Shown here: piece after piece, positions 13,481-26,292 of the stretch | How positions within the stretch are numbered: the first letter of the stretch is position 1 | Layout: the number at the start of each line of letters is the position of its first letter | Assembly (NCBI RefSeq): GCF_004010195.1 | Contig: NC_057722.1 | Coordinates: 33,954,798-34,018,797, forward strand | Reading direction: 5' to 3' | DNA: 64,000 nucleotides | Source of the DNA: Chiloscyllium plagiosum | Lineage: Eukaryota | Notes under the pieces: model-generated | What the model was told of the DNA's origin: nothing | Database searches by the model: none | What the model saw: only the letters and a program-made list of their open reading frames with translations | Position numbers and translations under genes: made by a program

Positions 13481-14851
13481 TAATCTTCTGATCTGGGTCA
13501 AAAACTCTATTCTCAAACCTGATCAGACAAAAGTATACATTCTCATCTTTTGAGGAGTACTCATGTGATGTCCACACTAGGAACCATCCCAGGTAAAGTA
13601 ATTGTCCAAGCCAGGAATCAATGCAGCCAGCAGTAGAGTGGATTGGCATTGAAACTAAGCCCCATTTTATCATCATGAGCTGCCAGGTTCCAAGTTTTAA
13701 AGGGCCTAAGTCATTTTAACAGATGCTGAGAGAAATTCAATGTACAAAATAAGTGGGAGAGGGTGTAGAGTGGCAGGTGGGTGGGAGTTAGGGTGCCCAT
13801 TGAGTGAGGGATAAGGTGCCAGGTATAGTGGCAGTAGATTGACAAGTGAGTGTTTAGGGTAGGTTGAAATAGATGGGAGCTGTGGGCTATTAGGTCAAGT
13901 CTGGTTGGGTCTGTGGTTTTGGGATGGAGGAATGGAATGGAATCAAGTCAGGTCCAAAGCAAATGAGTGGGGATGATGAACCAAGGAGTGGGCAATAGTA
14001 TCAAGTCAGGTCCAAATCCGAGGTGAGGTGTGGTCAAAACATTTTGACCCAGCAACAGTGAAGGAATTGCGATATATTTTCAAGCCAAGCTGGTGAGTGG
14101 CTTAGAGGGGAACTTGAAAATAGTGGTGTTCCCATTTTTCTTCTGCCTTGTACTTCTGAATGGAAGGCTTTGCAGGTTTGGAAGGTGTTATCTGAGGATT
14201 TCTGCAGTGTATCTTATGGATAGGACACACTGCTGCTACTGAGCATCGGTGGTGGAAGGAGTGGATGCTTGTGTATATAGTGCCAATCAAGCGGGCACTA
14301 TATACACATCATTGTCCTGGATGGTGTCAAACTTCTTGAGTGCTGTTGGAATTTAGTCTATCACACTCCTGACTTGTGCCTTGTAGCTTTGGGGAGTCAG
14401 GAGTCTTAGCTAATGACTATAACTATATATCAGTCCTGAACCCTCTGAGGTCTTCAACTTTAATACAGGGCTGTGGATTTTTTCAGAAGGTTTCAGATGC
14501 CAGGTATTGTCTACACTCTCATGTTCTCAGACAATTACTGTTTATCAACTTGAACCCTCTGTGCATTCTCCAGGGTATGTACCATCTCTGACTATGCGGA
14601 GACCAGATTGCGTGAAACATCTTGAAATGCTGTTTTTTTTATATACAGAAGCACAACAAAAATGAAACTCATTGTTATCTACTTCATGATTCCATCAATC
14701 AACTTATTTGCCTCCATGCAAAAACATACATGATACAAAAATTAGATACACTTTGCACATAGCTCTAATCTGGACACGCACATAATCCAGTTGATTATAA
14801 GATTGATTATTAACTTCAGGGCCAATATGCAGCATAACTGTATAAACCTAC

Positions 14852-15016
14852 CATGAAAGCCTTCTGTATTTTCATTATATCTTTGACGCTGAGTCGGTTT
14901 TCTAGCTGATCCGGAACTTTTTTAAATGTTTCCATTTTATCAGAACTTGAATCAAGTGTTCCAAATTCCAGCTCATCTTCAGAGTTCGTAGAGCTAGCCC
15001 GCAACTGAGCTGACAT
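14852..15016 (-). CDS. WDR49: WD repeat-containing protein 49, first coding exon (MSAQLRASS...LENRLSVKDIMKIQKAFM)
   Basis: ATG at 15016, 165 nt, ends at a GTAGG donor in phase 0. LENRLSVKDIMKIQKAF resembles the N-terminus of long vertebrate WDR49 as recalled. It joins the next exon in frame. Confidence 0.8.
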
Positions 15017-15290
15017 TCTTCAAGCTATCGAGATTCACTGCAGTCGGCTTTTAACAGAAAAATAGACATCATGTTACGTTCATGAAATGCATACCTGATT
15101 TTCACTGATCATGGTTTTAGTATTCACATTGCATCTTTTAAATCCTTCTGAAGTTTTTAATTAAGAGTATGAATATTTAGTCTGATTACTGTACAATTTT
15201 GTTTATTACATTTCTAGAATTATCTAAATTCAATGGACTTGTGCCTCCTTTGATTTTTTTTGGGAGAAGGCACCAGAAATCCTGGTACTC

Positions 15291-15400
15291 GGAGTCCTGA
15301 AGAAGGGTTCACCCGAAACGTCGACTTCTCCACCTCCTGATGCTGCCTGGCTTGCTGTGTTCTTCCAGCCACCTGCCTGTCTACTCATGATTTCCAGCAG
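15291..15400 (+). mobile_element. Penelope-derived short repeat beginning with an intact minimal hammerhead motif
   Basis: GGAGTC-CTGAAGA-A-GGGT-TC-ACCC-GAAA-C-GTC-GACTTC followed by the family tail GATGCTGCCTGGCTTGCTGTGTTCTTCCAGC. Confidence 0.75.
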
Positions 15401-16552
15401 ATTCAGTACAATTTGCAGTCCAATCAGCATAAAATGCAAAGGTTTGTTGCTGTTCACCATCTGAGGTGCTTGATGGGGTCCCCCTGGGTACCTAGGTGAC
15501 TGCTAGTACTAGCATGTGCTTGAAAGGCTCTCCTGCAAATAGGCCAACATAATGTAGACAATTGGGTTTGGAAGGTTTGCCAGCTAATGACCTGCTCTGT
15601 TGAGTTTTATTTCTGCTTCTAATGTACATTTTCTTTCAAAAGAGAGCTTACTGTCCTTTATTTGGTTGTACCAGATGCAAAGATCCAGGCTAAGCTTCTC
15701 CTTGGATTTGAAGTCATCATCAAACTCCAAAGACAAGTTCTCAGAGTGTCCTTGAAGAGCTCTGCGCAAACACCATGAGAACGCACTCTTGACTCAAGAT
15801 GCTATAGAAGTGAAAGTCAGACATTCTGGCAACATGCTCACCTATGTTCAATTATAACTGTCTCAATATGATTCAGTTGGTTGACACAGTACCTCAGCTG
15901 AGCCCTTCAAAGACTGGTATTTTGCCCTGCCACCTGATCTTCAGGACATTTGAGTTTCTTGATGTAACTCTGGTCCAGGTGCCGCATGTGTAAAGCAGAC
16001 TGGGCATGATTATTGCTTTATCGATTTTCAGTTTGACAGACTTATACCTCTGCATTTTCAGAATGATGTTTAAATACTGCTAAAGACTGCACTTCTTTCG
16101 CAATTCTTGAATGTGTAGTGTATCAACAAAGACAGATCAAAACAATGTGTAGCCAAGTGTTGTCCACTGCTGACAATTTCTGGTCATGGACCGGTCATTG
16201 GGCTTGAGATAGGATTTTCCTAAAGGAGGGAGAGTGTCACTACAGTTTTCTTTGTGCTGATCATAAAACTGACATTGCTGCATACACCAGAAGGTCTGTG
16301 CTACATGAACACGCCAGCTCTGAACCTGTGGCTACAGCACAGTCATTCCGAATAAGAAATCGTAAAGCACATTATTGGGAGATCTTGGTGTGAGCCTGGA
16401 GTTGTTTCAGATTGAGCAGCTCCCCATTCACACAATACACCTGTATCCGGTTTTGATGCCAGGATCAATACCACAAGAGACATCAGACAGCCTGATGGAG
16501 AAAGATATGCTGAAGAGTGTTGGTCACTAGCATGCAGCCCTGTTCAATTCAT

Positions 16553-16948
16553 GATGTGGAGGTGCCAACGTTGGATTGGGATGGACAAAGTTAAAAAGTA
16601 CACAACGCCAGGTTGTAGTCCAACAGGTTTATTTGGAAGTACAAGCTTTCAGAGCGCTGCTCCTTCATCAGGTAGCTACTGAGGCAGGATCATATGACAC
16701 AGAATTTAGAGTAAAAGATCAAAGTAACATGCAACTGACGCAATGTATTGAACAAGTTTAGATTGCTGTTAAGTCTTTAATCACTTAGAATGGGTTGCAG
16801 GTTTCGATTCATTGATATGTAAATTCAAGACCTTCTTTCAATTCACATTCCCAAGATCACTTCAGATTTTAATAAAAAGGTGACATCTCAGCTCAGACAA
16901 TGAGGTTAGAGTCTGTCTGTATTCCAACCTTGAGTCAGACTGGTTCAT
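16553..16948 (-). mobile_element. Penelope-like element 3' end (same family as 60180-61200)
   Basis: 16878-16946 is the reverse complement of about 61116-61198. Hammerhead motif TAC-CTGATGA-A-GGAG-CAGCG-CTCT-GAAA-G-CTT-GTA on the minus strand at about 16640-16674. Confidence 0.7.
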
Positions 16949-17192
16949 TTAAGTCACAGAGAGTCATGTGTCTGTGGAACTCCCTTTCGCAAAAGGGCAG
17001 TGGAAACAGGTCCTTGAATATTTTTAAGGTAGAGATAGCTAGATTGGTGATAAGCAAGGGATAAAAGGATATCAGGGACAGGTTGAAATGTGCAGTAATC
17101 AGATCAGTGCCCTCATTGAAGTGCAGGGCTGGCTCAAAGGGGCAAGTTGTTTCATGTTGTTAACTCATATAGATGTAACACAAAGTCAAGGC

Positions 17193-17918
17193 TGTTATGT
17201 AGGTGGAAGGGGTACTGTACCTTTAAGAGAGTTAAAAGCTAGCAGAAATACCTGACAGCACAGAGTGTTCTGAATATGTTAATAATGTAACATTTGGTTG
17301 AACAGCTAGATTAGCTGGGTTACCTGGAGATGACAAAACAAATTTGAATTTGGTCAACTAGTTTAAATTATACCCCAAAATACCATCCTCCAATCAAGTT
17401 TGAATTGAGTATATTGACAATTTTAAAAGCCAATGACACAATCCGATGCTTTGGGGGTATAAGACCAGGGAAATTGAATAATTGGGAGAGAACTGCCAAA
17501 AAAACCAACAGATGTAGGCTGCTAGTCAGAACTCTCTGAGAGGTACCTGTCGAGAGAAGGAGTTTGCACAGAAAAAAACATCAACACTGAATTGGAGAGC
17601 AAATCTACAGAGGAAGATATAAAGAGAAGATTCGATAGCTGGCTGGTTTAGAAATTTGAATTATTTAGTAAATCTTAATTGGGGGTTTTATCAGACTAGT
17701 ATTATAGAAGGGGAAAGTAAAAGATAGGTTAGAGAAAGGAGTTGTAAATAGTTGTTAGTTAATTATTCTCTGTTATACTAGAAGAAATAAAGTTGTTACT
17801 TTTTACTTTAACTAGCTCTTGGTCTCTCGAATTTTCACAAACTACTGCAGGGGATAAATTTTTTCTGTGTTGCTGGCTTAAATTAAGCGGGGGGTGGAGT
17901 TTACCCTGTGTCGTAACA
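17193..17918 (+). mobile_element. Solo LTR
   Basis: TGTTATG...CGTAACA inverted termini, internal TATAAG (about 17458) and AATAAA (about 17786), near-matching 4-bp flanks AGGC/AAGC. Confidence 0.7.
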
Positions 17919-18088
17919 AAGCACCAAGAATGATTAGCTTGTCCAACTTCGGCATAGCAGAAATCAAGAAATGGAGGTCCCAATAGATGCAATCCTTGAT
18001 TTCAGCAAGGTTGGTAATACAGGGATATGGACGCTGATGAGAGTTGTTGGCTTGTTGCCATGCACAGAGAGATTACCAACGATCGTAT

Positions 18089-19300
18089 TGTAGTGATTGT
18101 AACAAGGTCAGCCAGGTGGACTGCCTGGACTCAATCACATGTCGACTATGCTGAGCCTTTCATAGGCTCAATGTTTTTAGTCAATTGTGGACACCCACTC
18201 AAATGGCTGGACATACATAGAGTTCATTCATCAAACACGGGGATGATGATAGAAAAACTGTGTACATCTTTCGCAATATATAAACTCCTGAAAGTGTTAG
18301 TCACAGATAACGGGCTGTTGTTCACCAGCAGGGAATTTGAATATTTCCTAAAGTCAAATGGCCTGGCAGAAAGAGCAATCCAAGCTTTGAAGGCAGGCTT
18401 AAAGAAACAAGCCAACAGCTTCAGTCGATACCAAACTGTCCCGATTACTATTTGATTATTTGACCAGGTCTCATGCTCCAGTAAAATTGCTAAAATGGGG
18501 AGAAGATACTGTCCCTGGTGAAATCAGATCGTCCCGAACCCTAGGGAGGGGAGGGTTAAGCGGCATCAGAGATGTGTTGGACATAAGACTCTGCAAAGCA
18601 AGAGGGACAATTTACTTCAGAGGATGAAGTTTGGTGTAGAAAACCAGGGAATAGTCCTTCATGGGTAAGAGACATGGTCAACGCGAGATCAGGTCCAGCC
18701 ATGTATGAAGTTTGAGTAGGTGCAACAGTCCTGAATAAGCTCATGGACTGTATGGAAGCTGCAAACTTGCAAATGTGCCCTGCTTCTTCGAACAGTCAGA
18801 AAATCTGTCAGAACCTGTAGGTTCTCCCTCTCCGTCAAGGGTTGAAAATAACTCAGAATCTGAGATGGGTGTGGCAGATGTTGATGCCTCAACACCTTTG
18901 CCACTTGAAGAGGAGGATGAATATCTTCACTGATGCTCTGGACACAAGAAGGGAGATACCGAGCTTTATACACCACCCATATCCAAGACAGAGTGGGAGG
19001 AACTTCATCAGGTGCTAAACACCCCAGAAGGATCTACCAAAAAAGAACCAACCCATGTCCTTGGACTCAGAGGGGGAAGGATGTTGTGATTGTAGTGAGG
19101 TCAGCCAGGTGGATCTCAGAATCTGAGTTCTCCGACTGGGATTATTAATCTGATCCCAATTAGGGAACCCTGGCTGACAGATATAAACAGGAATGTCAGG
19201 GGTTCTGTTCACTCTGAAAGCTGACTCTGAGGGAGCTGGATCAATGCCAAGGACTCTCCACGCATAAATAAATGGTGACTTGGTGACAGGATAACGACCA
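18089..19300 (+). mobile_element. Internally deleted Gypsy LTR retrotransposon (integrase remnant, PPT, 3' LTR)
   Basis: HVDYAEPF..VLVTDNG..FTSREF..NGLAERAIQ integrase core. Polypurine tract AGAGGGGGAAGGA ends at 19081. The LTR start at 19082-19113 is repeated at 18089-18120. Confidence 0.85.
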
Positions 19301-21240
19301 CAGCTAATTCTGGAACACAAGTCTTCAGTGCTATTGCCAGAATATTTCAGGGCCCATATCTAGTATCTTCAGACATTGGTCACTATTATGTGCAGTGAAC
19401 TGAATTATCCGAAAAGTGGTATCTGTGACACTGGGGACCTCAGGAAGAGGCTAAGGTGGGTCATCCATTCAGCACTGCTGGCTGACGTTAGTTGCAAATA
19501 CTTCATCTTATGTACAGAAATGCTGGGCTCCCCCATTTTTTGTACAGCCTCTGCTTCCTGTTAGTTATTTAATTGGCTGTCATCATTCACAGCTAGTGGT
19601 GCAAGACTACTGGGCTTAGAACGGATCTGTTGACTAAGGAATTGTTTAGCTATGTCTTTCCTGTGCTGTTGGTGCAGGTTGACATGCAGATAGTCCTTTG
19701 CTGTAGCTTCATCACAATGACACTTCATTTCCGGGTGTGCCTGGTCCTGCTCGAGGCATGATCCCCTTCATTGTATCAGAGTTGACACCTCATCGTGACG
19801 GCAATGATAAAGTGATGGATATTACACGCCATGAGTTTACAGATTGTGTGAACACACTTCCATTGTTGCCGGTTGCCCACAATTCCTCCGGGATTGCCAG
19901 TTCTAATTTGCTATCTGCATTTGAAATCTATCCCATTTAGCATAATGATATGGCTGCACAGGAAGAAAGGCATCCTCAATGTGAAGATTGGGACTTTGTG
20001 TCTGGAAGGACTGTGTGGTATTACTTATTCTGACGATGTTGTGGAGGGACAGAAGGATTTGTGACAGGTAGAATGGTGAAGATGAGGTCAAATATGTTTT
20101 TCCCTCACCACCTGCTGCAGACCAGTCTAGCAACTATGTCAGTTGATCAGTGGGTAGCAACAAAGTTGTCCCTCACTCAGAGTGCATTCTGTGCCCTTTC
20201 TACCCTCCCTGCTTCCTCCCATTGGCGTTCAACATGGAGCAATAATGATTCATCAGCTGTAGCTGGAATGAGGGGTGTATGGTAGAGGTGGTATGTAGTA
20301 ATCAGCACGTGGTTTCCTTCCCTGGTGCCATGACACTGAATGGAACCTGGACTCCATGTTGAGGATTCCTGAACAACTCCCTCCCAATTACCACCTCCAG
20401 GGCATGTGTCCTGCCAGTGGGATAGGACACACCAGGGATGGCGATGGTTGCGCTCTGGTCAGTATGTGTACGGTTATGACAACATCAGACTCTTTTATGA
20501 TAGTTTCTCAACTTTAGCACAAGGGTGATAAGTAGGAACTTTGCGGAATTTTGCAGTCGTCATTCCCTTGGTTTTGTGAAACTTCACAGTAGTTTCATAG
20601 ACCCAAGTGGTCTGCTCAATTATTTCAGACAGCATTTAAAAGTCAACCAAATTGCTGTCTGGTGTCACCCGTATGCCAGATTAGGATAAGGATTGTCGAT
20701 TCCCTCCCCATAGCAAATTACGGAGACAGCTGGGATTTTATGGCAATCCATAAAATTTTGTGGACTAGCTTTCCATTCCGGATGTATTAATAGATCTTAA
20801 ATTCCACCTTGGCCCCCTGTCCCCACAGCATGAGTTGTGACCCTGGTTTACTATTTAGTGATGTTACCACAATCTCCTTGAGCATTTTCTGTTATTTCAG
20901 ATTTCCAACATTCGCAGTATTGTGCCTTTGCAATTCTAAGAAGTCGTGGTTAAGAATTTGTAAGTATTTGGCCCTGGACTCACCCTGCCCCCAACCCCGG
21001 TCATCATATAAAACTCTAGCTGGCAAATCCGCATCCAAACCAATTTGCAAATTCCGGGTAGCTGCACATTTATGAAAAAACAAAAACAAAGTTCCCATTT
21101 CACATGGCATGTAACAGATATCGTTGTCCTGTGGGAAAGTGGTTCAGCGAATGAGACGCGGGGAAAGGGCTTCAGAGCACAAAGGGATCATACATTTGCA
21201 GGTGCTCTCTGCACATTAGAATTGAGCAGATTTCACTCAC

Positions 21241-21400
21241 CCGGTAACTTGCAGCAAACTGAAACGCTCCAGCAATGGCCTCACTTTCCACACAAAACTC
21301 GGTGAATGTAGTTACCGAGCAACCAGTCGCACACTTTAGCTCCGACCCTACACTCAGTCAATCATTCAACAGGGCGGGACAGACAATGCACTGAAATGGT
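21241..21400 (-). promoter_or_regulatory. Putative WDR49 promoter and non-coding first exon with an RFX X-box
   Basis: Locally CpG-enriched. Minus-strand donor G|GTGAGT at 21240. X-box GTTACC-G-AGCAAC at 21311-21323 and GC box GGGCGGG at 21372-21378. Confidence 0.6.
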
Positions 21401-21887
21401 ATCCATATTCTGCGAACCATAGATTTAAAACAAATATCTGCTAACTGCGCCTTTGCTTTAGCTCTGAAGCATGAAATAATTTCGAACGGCAGTGGTAATA
21501 CCTCTAAGAATATTTATTTGCCGATTCAACGTCGCACATACAAAGCGCTGCTACAGCCAATGGTTACAATTGGATATAAACTTTCAATATAAAATTAGCC
21601 ATAGTGTAATCCGGTATTCCACTCCATGCATCACTGAATGGAGAATTCAAAATTTCAAAAAGATTTTAGATGGTTCACTTATGTCTACTTAATAGGGATA
21701 TTTTTAAAATTCACTCCTGGGAGATGTGTGCCACTTGCTGGGGTAGTTTTTGCCTGGACCTCGTGATTCTTGAGAAAGTGGTAATGAGCAGGTTGTTTGA
21801 ACTGCTGCAGTCTACCTGCTGGAAATGATTCAAAATGCCCCCACGGCGGAATTTCCAGGACTTTGACACAGTGAAGGAATGGCAATA

Positions 21888-22240
21888 CAGAGGAGCCTTG
21901 ATTACCCGAACGAGATGGGCGGAAACTATTTCGTTCAGATAATTGATTATTTGCTTCATGGATTCAATGCCTTTCCTCTGGGGCTCGGGGGTTTTCCATT
22001 AAGTCTGCTCCCAGCTCAGGAGACAAGGCAGCAGCACAGCATGCGCAGGCCCCGCCCGCCCCCAATCCCATCCAACACCACCCCGTGCCCGCAACCTCTC
22101 TTCCCCCCCCCCCACCCATCCCCATCCAATATGGCCCACCGCCCCACTCCAAATCTCCCGCACGCCCCGCCGCCCACAAACCCTACTGAACACCATGACC
22201 ACCCCACCTCTCCGCATGTCCCTGTCTGCCCCAACACCAC
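21888..22240 (+). mobile_element. Truncated Tigger-like non-autonomous element (same family as 48015-48706)
   Basis: TA|CAGAGGAGCCTTGATTACCCGAAC TIR. The first about 140 nt are colinear with 48015-48160, then a C-rich interior follows. Confidence 0.7.
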
Positions 22241-22244
22241 CCGC

Positions 22245-23062
22245 CACGAACAATCCAGAAATGAAGCTGCATCAGAACATTATTTCAATGAGCCACCACA
22301 CACTGCAGCACAGAGGAACTACGCAGAGCAGAGGAAAACCACCTACACAGTGTATTAAAAAAATGGGTACCAATGAACAGTCTGCCGATTTCTCAGCAAC
22401 AAACCAAAACAAGCATTCAGAAACCCTAGCCACTCTCCCTACATCAAAGACATCTTGGAAATGACTGCCAGACTACTCAGACCCCTTGGCATCATGGTAG
22501 CCCATAAGCCCACCAGAACACTAAAACGGCATCCAATGAACTTGAAAGACCCTATACAGACAACAAGCAAAACTAATGTAATTTACAAAATATCGTGCAA
22601 GAATTGTAACAAACACTACGTTGGACAAACAGGCAGAAAACTAGCCACCAGGATACATGAACAAGCCACAAAACAACATGACCCTCTCTCACTAGTATCC
22701 TTACATACAGATAAGGAAGGACACCACTTCAACTGGGACAGCACATCCATCCTAGGACAAACCAAACAGAGACACGCATGAGAATTCTTGGAAGCACAGC
22801 ATTCCAACCGAAACTCAACAAACACACTGACTGGGACCCCATTTATCACCCTCAGAGGAAAACAGGAAATGACATCACCAACCCAAAGAAACCCAAACAT
22901 ATAAATAGAAAGCAGGAAACATCTGCAGTGCTTTGGCAGGAGGCTCACTGAAGATGTTACCTAGTTATGGTGCCGAAACATCTAAAATGAACCGTCCAGC
23001 TCAGCGAGCAAACCTACATCCAGAACCTCAACCTGAGCTACAAATCTTCTCAAAACTCACTA
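22245..23062 (+). mobile_element. Penelope element 3' part (RT end, GIY-YIG, pLTR)
   Basis: NVIYKISCKNCNKHYVGQTGRKLATRIHEQ is a GIY-YIG motif. Hammerhead-like CTGAAGA...GAAA at 22948-22978. Confidence 0.88.
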
Positions 23063-23559
23063 ATTCCAACTTTTGGCAAATAACCTTGGAGGAAACCCAA
23101 GTGAATATCTAAATACTGATTAAATATTGCATGACTTTTGACTCAACTACCCTTTCAAGCAGTGAGCTCCAGATTCCTAATACCTTCTGGGTTAAAAATT
23201 AGTCAGCTCAACTCTCCTCTTAATCTTCTATCATTTACTTTAAATCTATCCCTCTTGTATTAGCCCCTCTATTAAAGAAAGAATTTCCTACCAATGTGCC
23301 CTATGCTCTTCAATCTTATACATTTTTATAAGGTCCCCCTCTCAACCAATGTTGCTATAAGGAAAACACCACCAGCTTATTCAATCTTTCCTTAAAGCTC
23401 GGACTCTCCAGGGCAGGCACTATCCTAGTAAATTGCCTTTGCAATCACATCCTTCCAATAACTGCAACATCCAGAACCGCACAGTAGACAGTTAAAGAAG
23501 TGAGCTGTCATACATTCCACCTCAGAGTAAAACACATGCTTTAATATATGTAACAGAGA

Positions 23560-25885
23560 AAGCCAAAGATGGTTTATAAAATTCAAAATTATAAAAATAT
23601 TGATGTTTTGAAAACAGTTCACATTACAGAAGAGGAACTACGGGAGGTCTTAGAAAATATAAAGGTGGATAAATCTCTGGGACCTGATCTAGTGCATCCC
23701 TGGATGCTGTGGGAAGCTAGGGATGAAATAGCAGAGCCTCTTGCAGAAATATTTTATTATCTATAACTTCGGGTGAGGGGCCAGATGACTGGAGAATGGC
23801 TAATGTTTTGCCTACATTTAAAAGATGTAAGGAGAAGCCTGGGAACTGTAGACCTGAGTCTAACTTCAGTGGTTGATAAATTGTTGGAGGTAATTCTACA
23901 TAATAGGATTTATGTGCATTTGGAGGGGCAAGGAATAAATAGGGATAGTCAGCATAGTTTTGTGCAAGGGATTTTGTGTCTCACAAACTGAGTTTTTTTT
24001 TGAGGAAATAACCAAGATGATTAATGAGGGGAAGAGTGTTAATAAATTGTTGGAGGTAATTCTACATAATAGGATTTATGTGCATTTGGAGGGGCAAGGA
24101 ACAAATAGGGATAGTCAGCATAGTTTTGTGCAAGGGATGTTGTGTCTCACAAACTGAGTTTTTTTTTTGAGGAAATAACCAAGATGATTAATGAGGGGAA
24201 GAGTGTTAAACATTGTTACTTGGACTTTAATAAAGCCTTGGACAAGGTTCTGTATGGCAGATCAATTAATGTTAGATCATATGGGATTCAGGGTGAGCTT
24301 ACCAATTGGATACATCATTGGCTTCATGGCAGGAGACTGCGTGATGTTGGAGGGTTGTTTTTTGGATCGGAGGCAGTGCTACACAGGGACAGGAACTGAG
24401 TCCACTTTTGTTTGCCACTTAAATAAATGATTTAGATGAGAATATTGAAGGCACAGTTAGTAATTTTGCAGATGACACCAAAATTGGTGATATAGTAGAC
24501 AGTAAAAGTTATCTAAAATTACAAAGAGATTTTGATCAATTGGATCAATGGGCTGAGGAGTGGCAGATGGAGTTTAATTTGGATAAATGCAACGTATTGC
24601 ATTTTGGTAGAACAAACAAGGGCAAGATTTATACAATTCATGGTGCAGCCTTGGGTACTGTTGTAGAACATACACCCACAAGTTCAGGTGCATAAATCTT
24701 TGAAGTTTGCATCACATGTAGACAGGGTGTTTACGAAGGCATTTAGCAACATCACCCAGATCATTGACTATAGGAGTCAGGACATCATGTTGAAGTTGAG
24801 CAGGTTGTCGAAGAAGCCTATTCTGGAGTACTGTGTCCAGGTCTGATTGCCCTGTTACAGGAAGGATAACTTTAAGTTGGACAAGGTGTAAAAAAAGATT
24901 TACCGGGATATTGCCAATAATATTGTTGAGTTATATGGAGGCTGGTTAGGTTGGGTCTTTTTCCACTGGAGTACAGGAGGTTGAGCGGTGACCTAATAGA
25001 GGTTTATAAAATCATTAGGAATATAGATAAGGTGAATGGAAAAATATTTTTCATTTGTTTCCAAAAATGTTTCCATTTTTTATGGTGCCTTACCATCTTT
25101 CAATAACTTTGGCAGAAGATGTCTTCTCCTGGCGCAAGCCCAGCGCCAGGGCTTCCAACAGCACAAAACAGCGGTATAGGCCTGACACCCAAAAGGACAG
25201 TCTCATCCAGGAAGGACAAAATTGGTTTGGAGTTGCGTGCTTGTCTCATCATGGAAGTCTTATTTGGGAGCTTCCAGGTATTGACGTGACGGTCTAGTCT
25301 CGGCACAAATGTCTCGTCTTTGCTATGGAGGCGGCTTCTATGTCTTCTGATGAGGCAGCATGGAGGTCTAGTCGTGGCATAGTGAAGCAGTCTGAGACCA
25401 GCACGGTGTTCTCAACCCACCCCGCAGGGCAGTTTCGGCCTGATTTTCCAGCATACCTTGAACCCAGGAGTCGTCAATTTAACAGTGATGCACTTTTACT
25501 TTAGTTTTGTTATCGTGACTTATATGGTGACTCAGAAAACTTTTCAGTTTTTTTTAAATACACGTGACAATAAATTGCTATTGTCCCCCCCTGGGGTGAA
25601 CATCAAAACTAGGGTGCATTTTTGAGGTGGGAGGAGAAAGATTTAAAAAAGACCAAAGGACAATTTTTTTTTTGTTTTTTTTTAAACACAGTGGTTCATG
25701 TGTGGAATGAACTCCCAGAGGAAGTTGTGGATGTGATCACAGTTACAATGTTTAAAAGACATTTGGATAAGTACATGAATAAGAGACATTTGGAGGGATA
25801 TGGGCCAAGCATAGGTAGGTGGGACCAGTTTAGTTTAGGCTTATGGTCGGCATGGACTGATTGAACTGAAGGGTCTATCTTCAGC
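23560..25885 (+). mobile_element. Decayed CR1 LINE ORF2 and 3' end, with an internal tandem duplication and a nested insert
   Basis: KVDKSLGPDLVHP, SLTSVVDKLLE, FADDTK (about 24465), VWNELPEEVV tail. Confidence 0.88.
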
Positions 25886-26292
25886 ATCTAATTTCTTCGT
25901 AGATAAGGTTACATGTAACCTAGCATATTTGACTTAGTTTTCAAATTTCTGGCCTCTACCTGAAATTACTGTAACACAGTAGCAACTTTAAAGACAGTCT
26001 TCATACAGCATCTGAATGGCAAAGAAGTTATTACATGAAACAAGCTTCTGTTTTGTGAGTGCACAAAGTTTTACAAACAAAATTTCCTATATTGCAAGAG
26101 TTCTTCACCATTAGAACATTCTGGATTTTTAAAAAAATCAAGTATTTTAAGTCTCCTTTATTTTTGATGGGGTGGTGGCTCATAATACATTTACACAATA
26201 GTGACTTCTGCCAAAAAACCTTTGGAAGACATTTTAAAAACAGCATGTTTTCATAAAATGCTCGAGTTGGAGAGTCACAAAAATTGAGATAC

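Noticed and set aside
21879-22358. Proline-rich 159-aa ORF and Gly-rich antisense ORFs
   Set aside because: Translation of the C-rich interior of a Tigger-like element running into a Penelope fragment.
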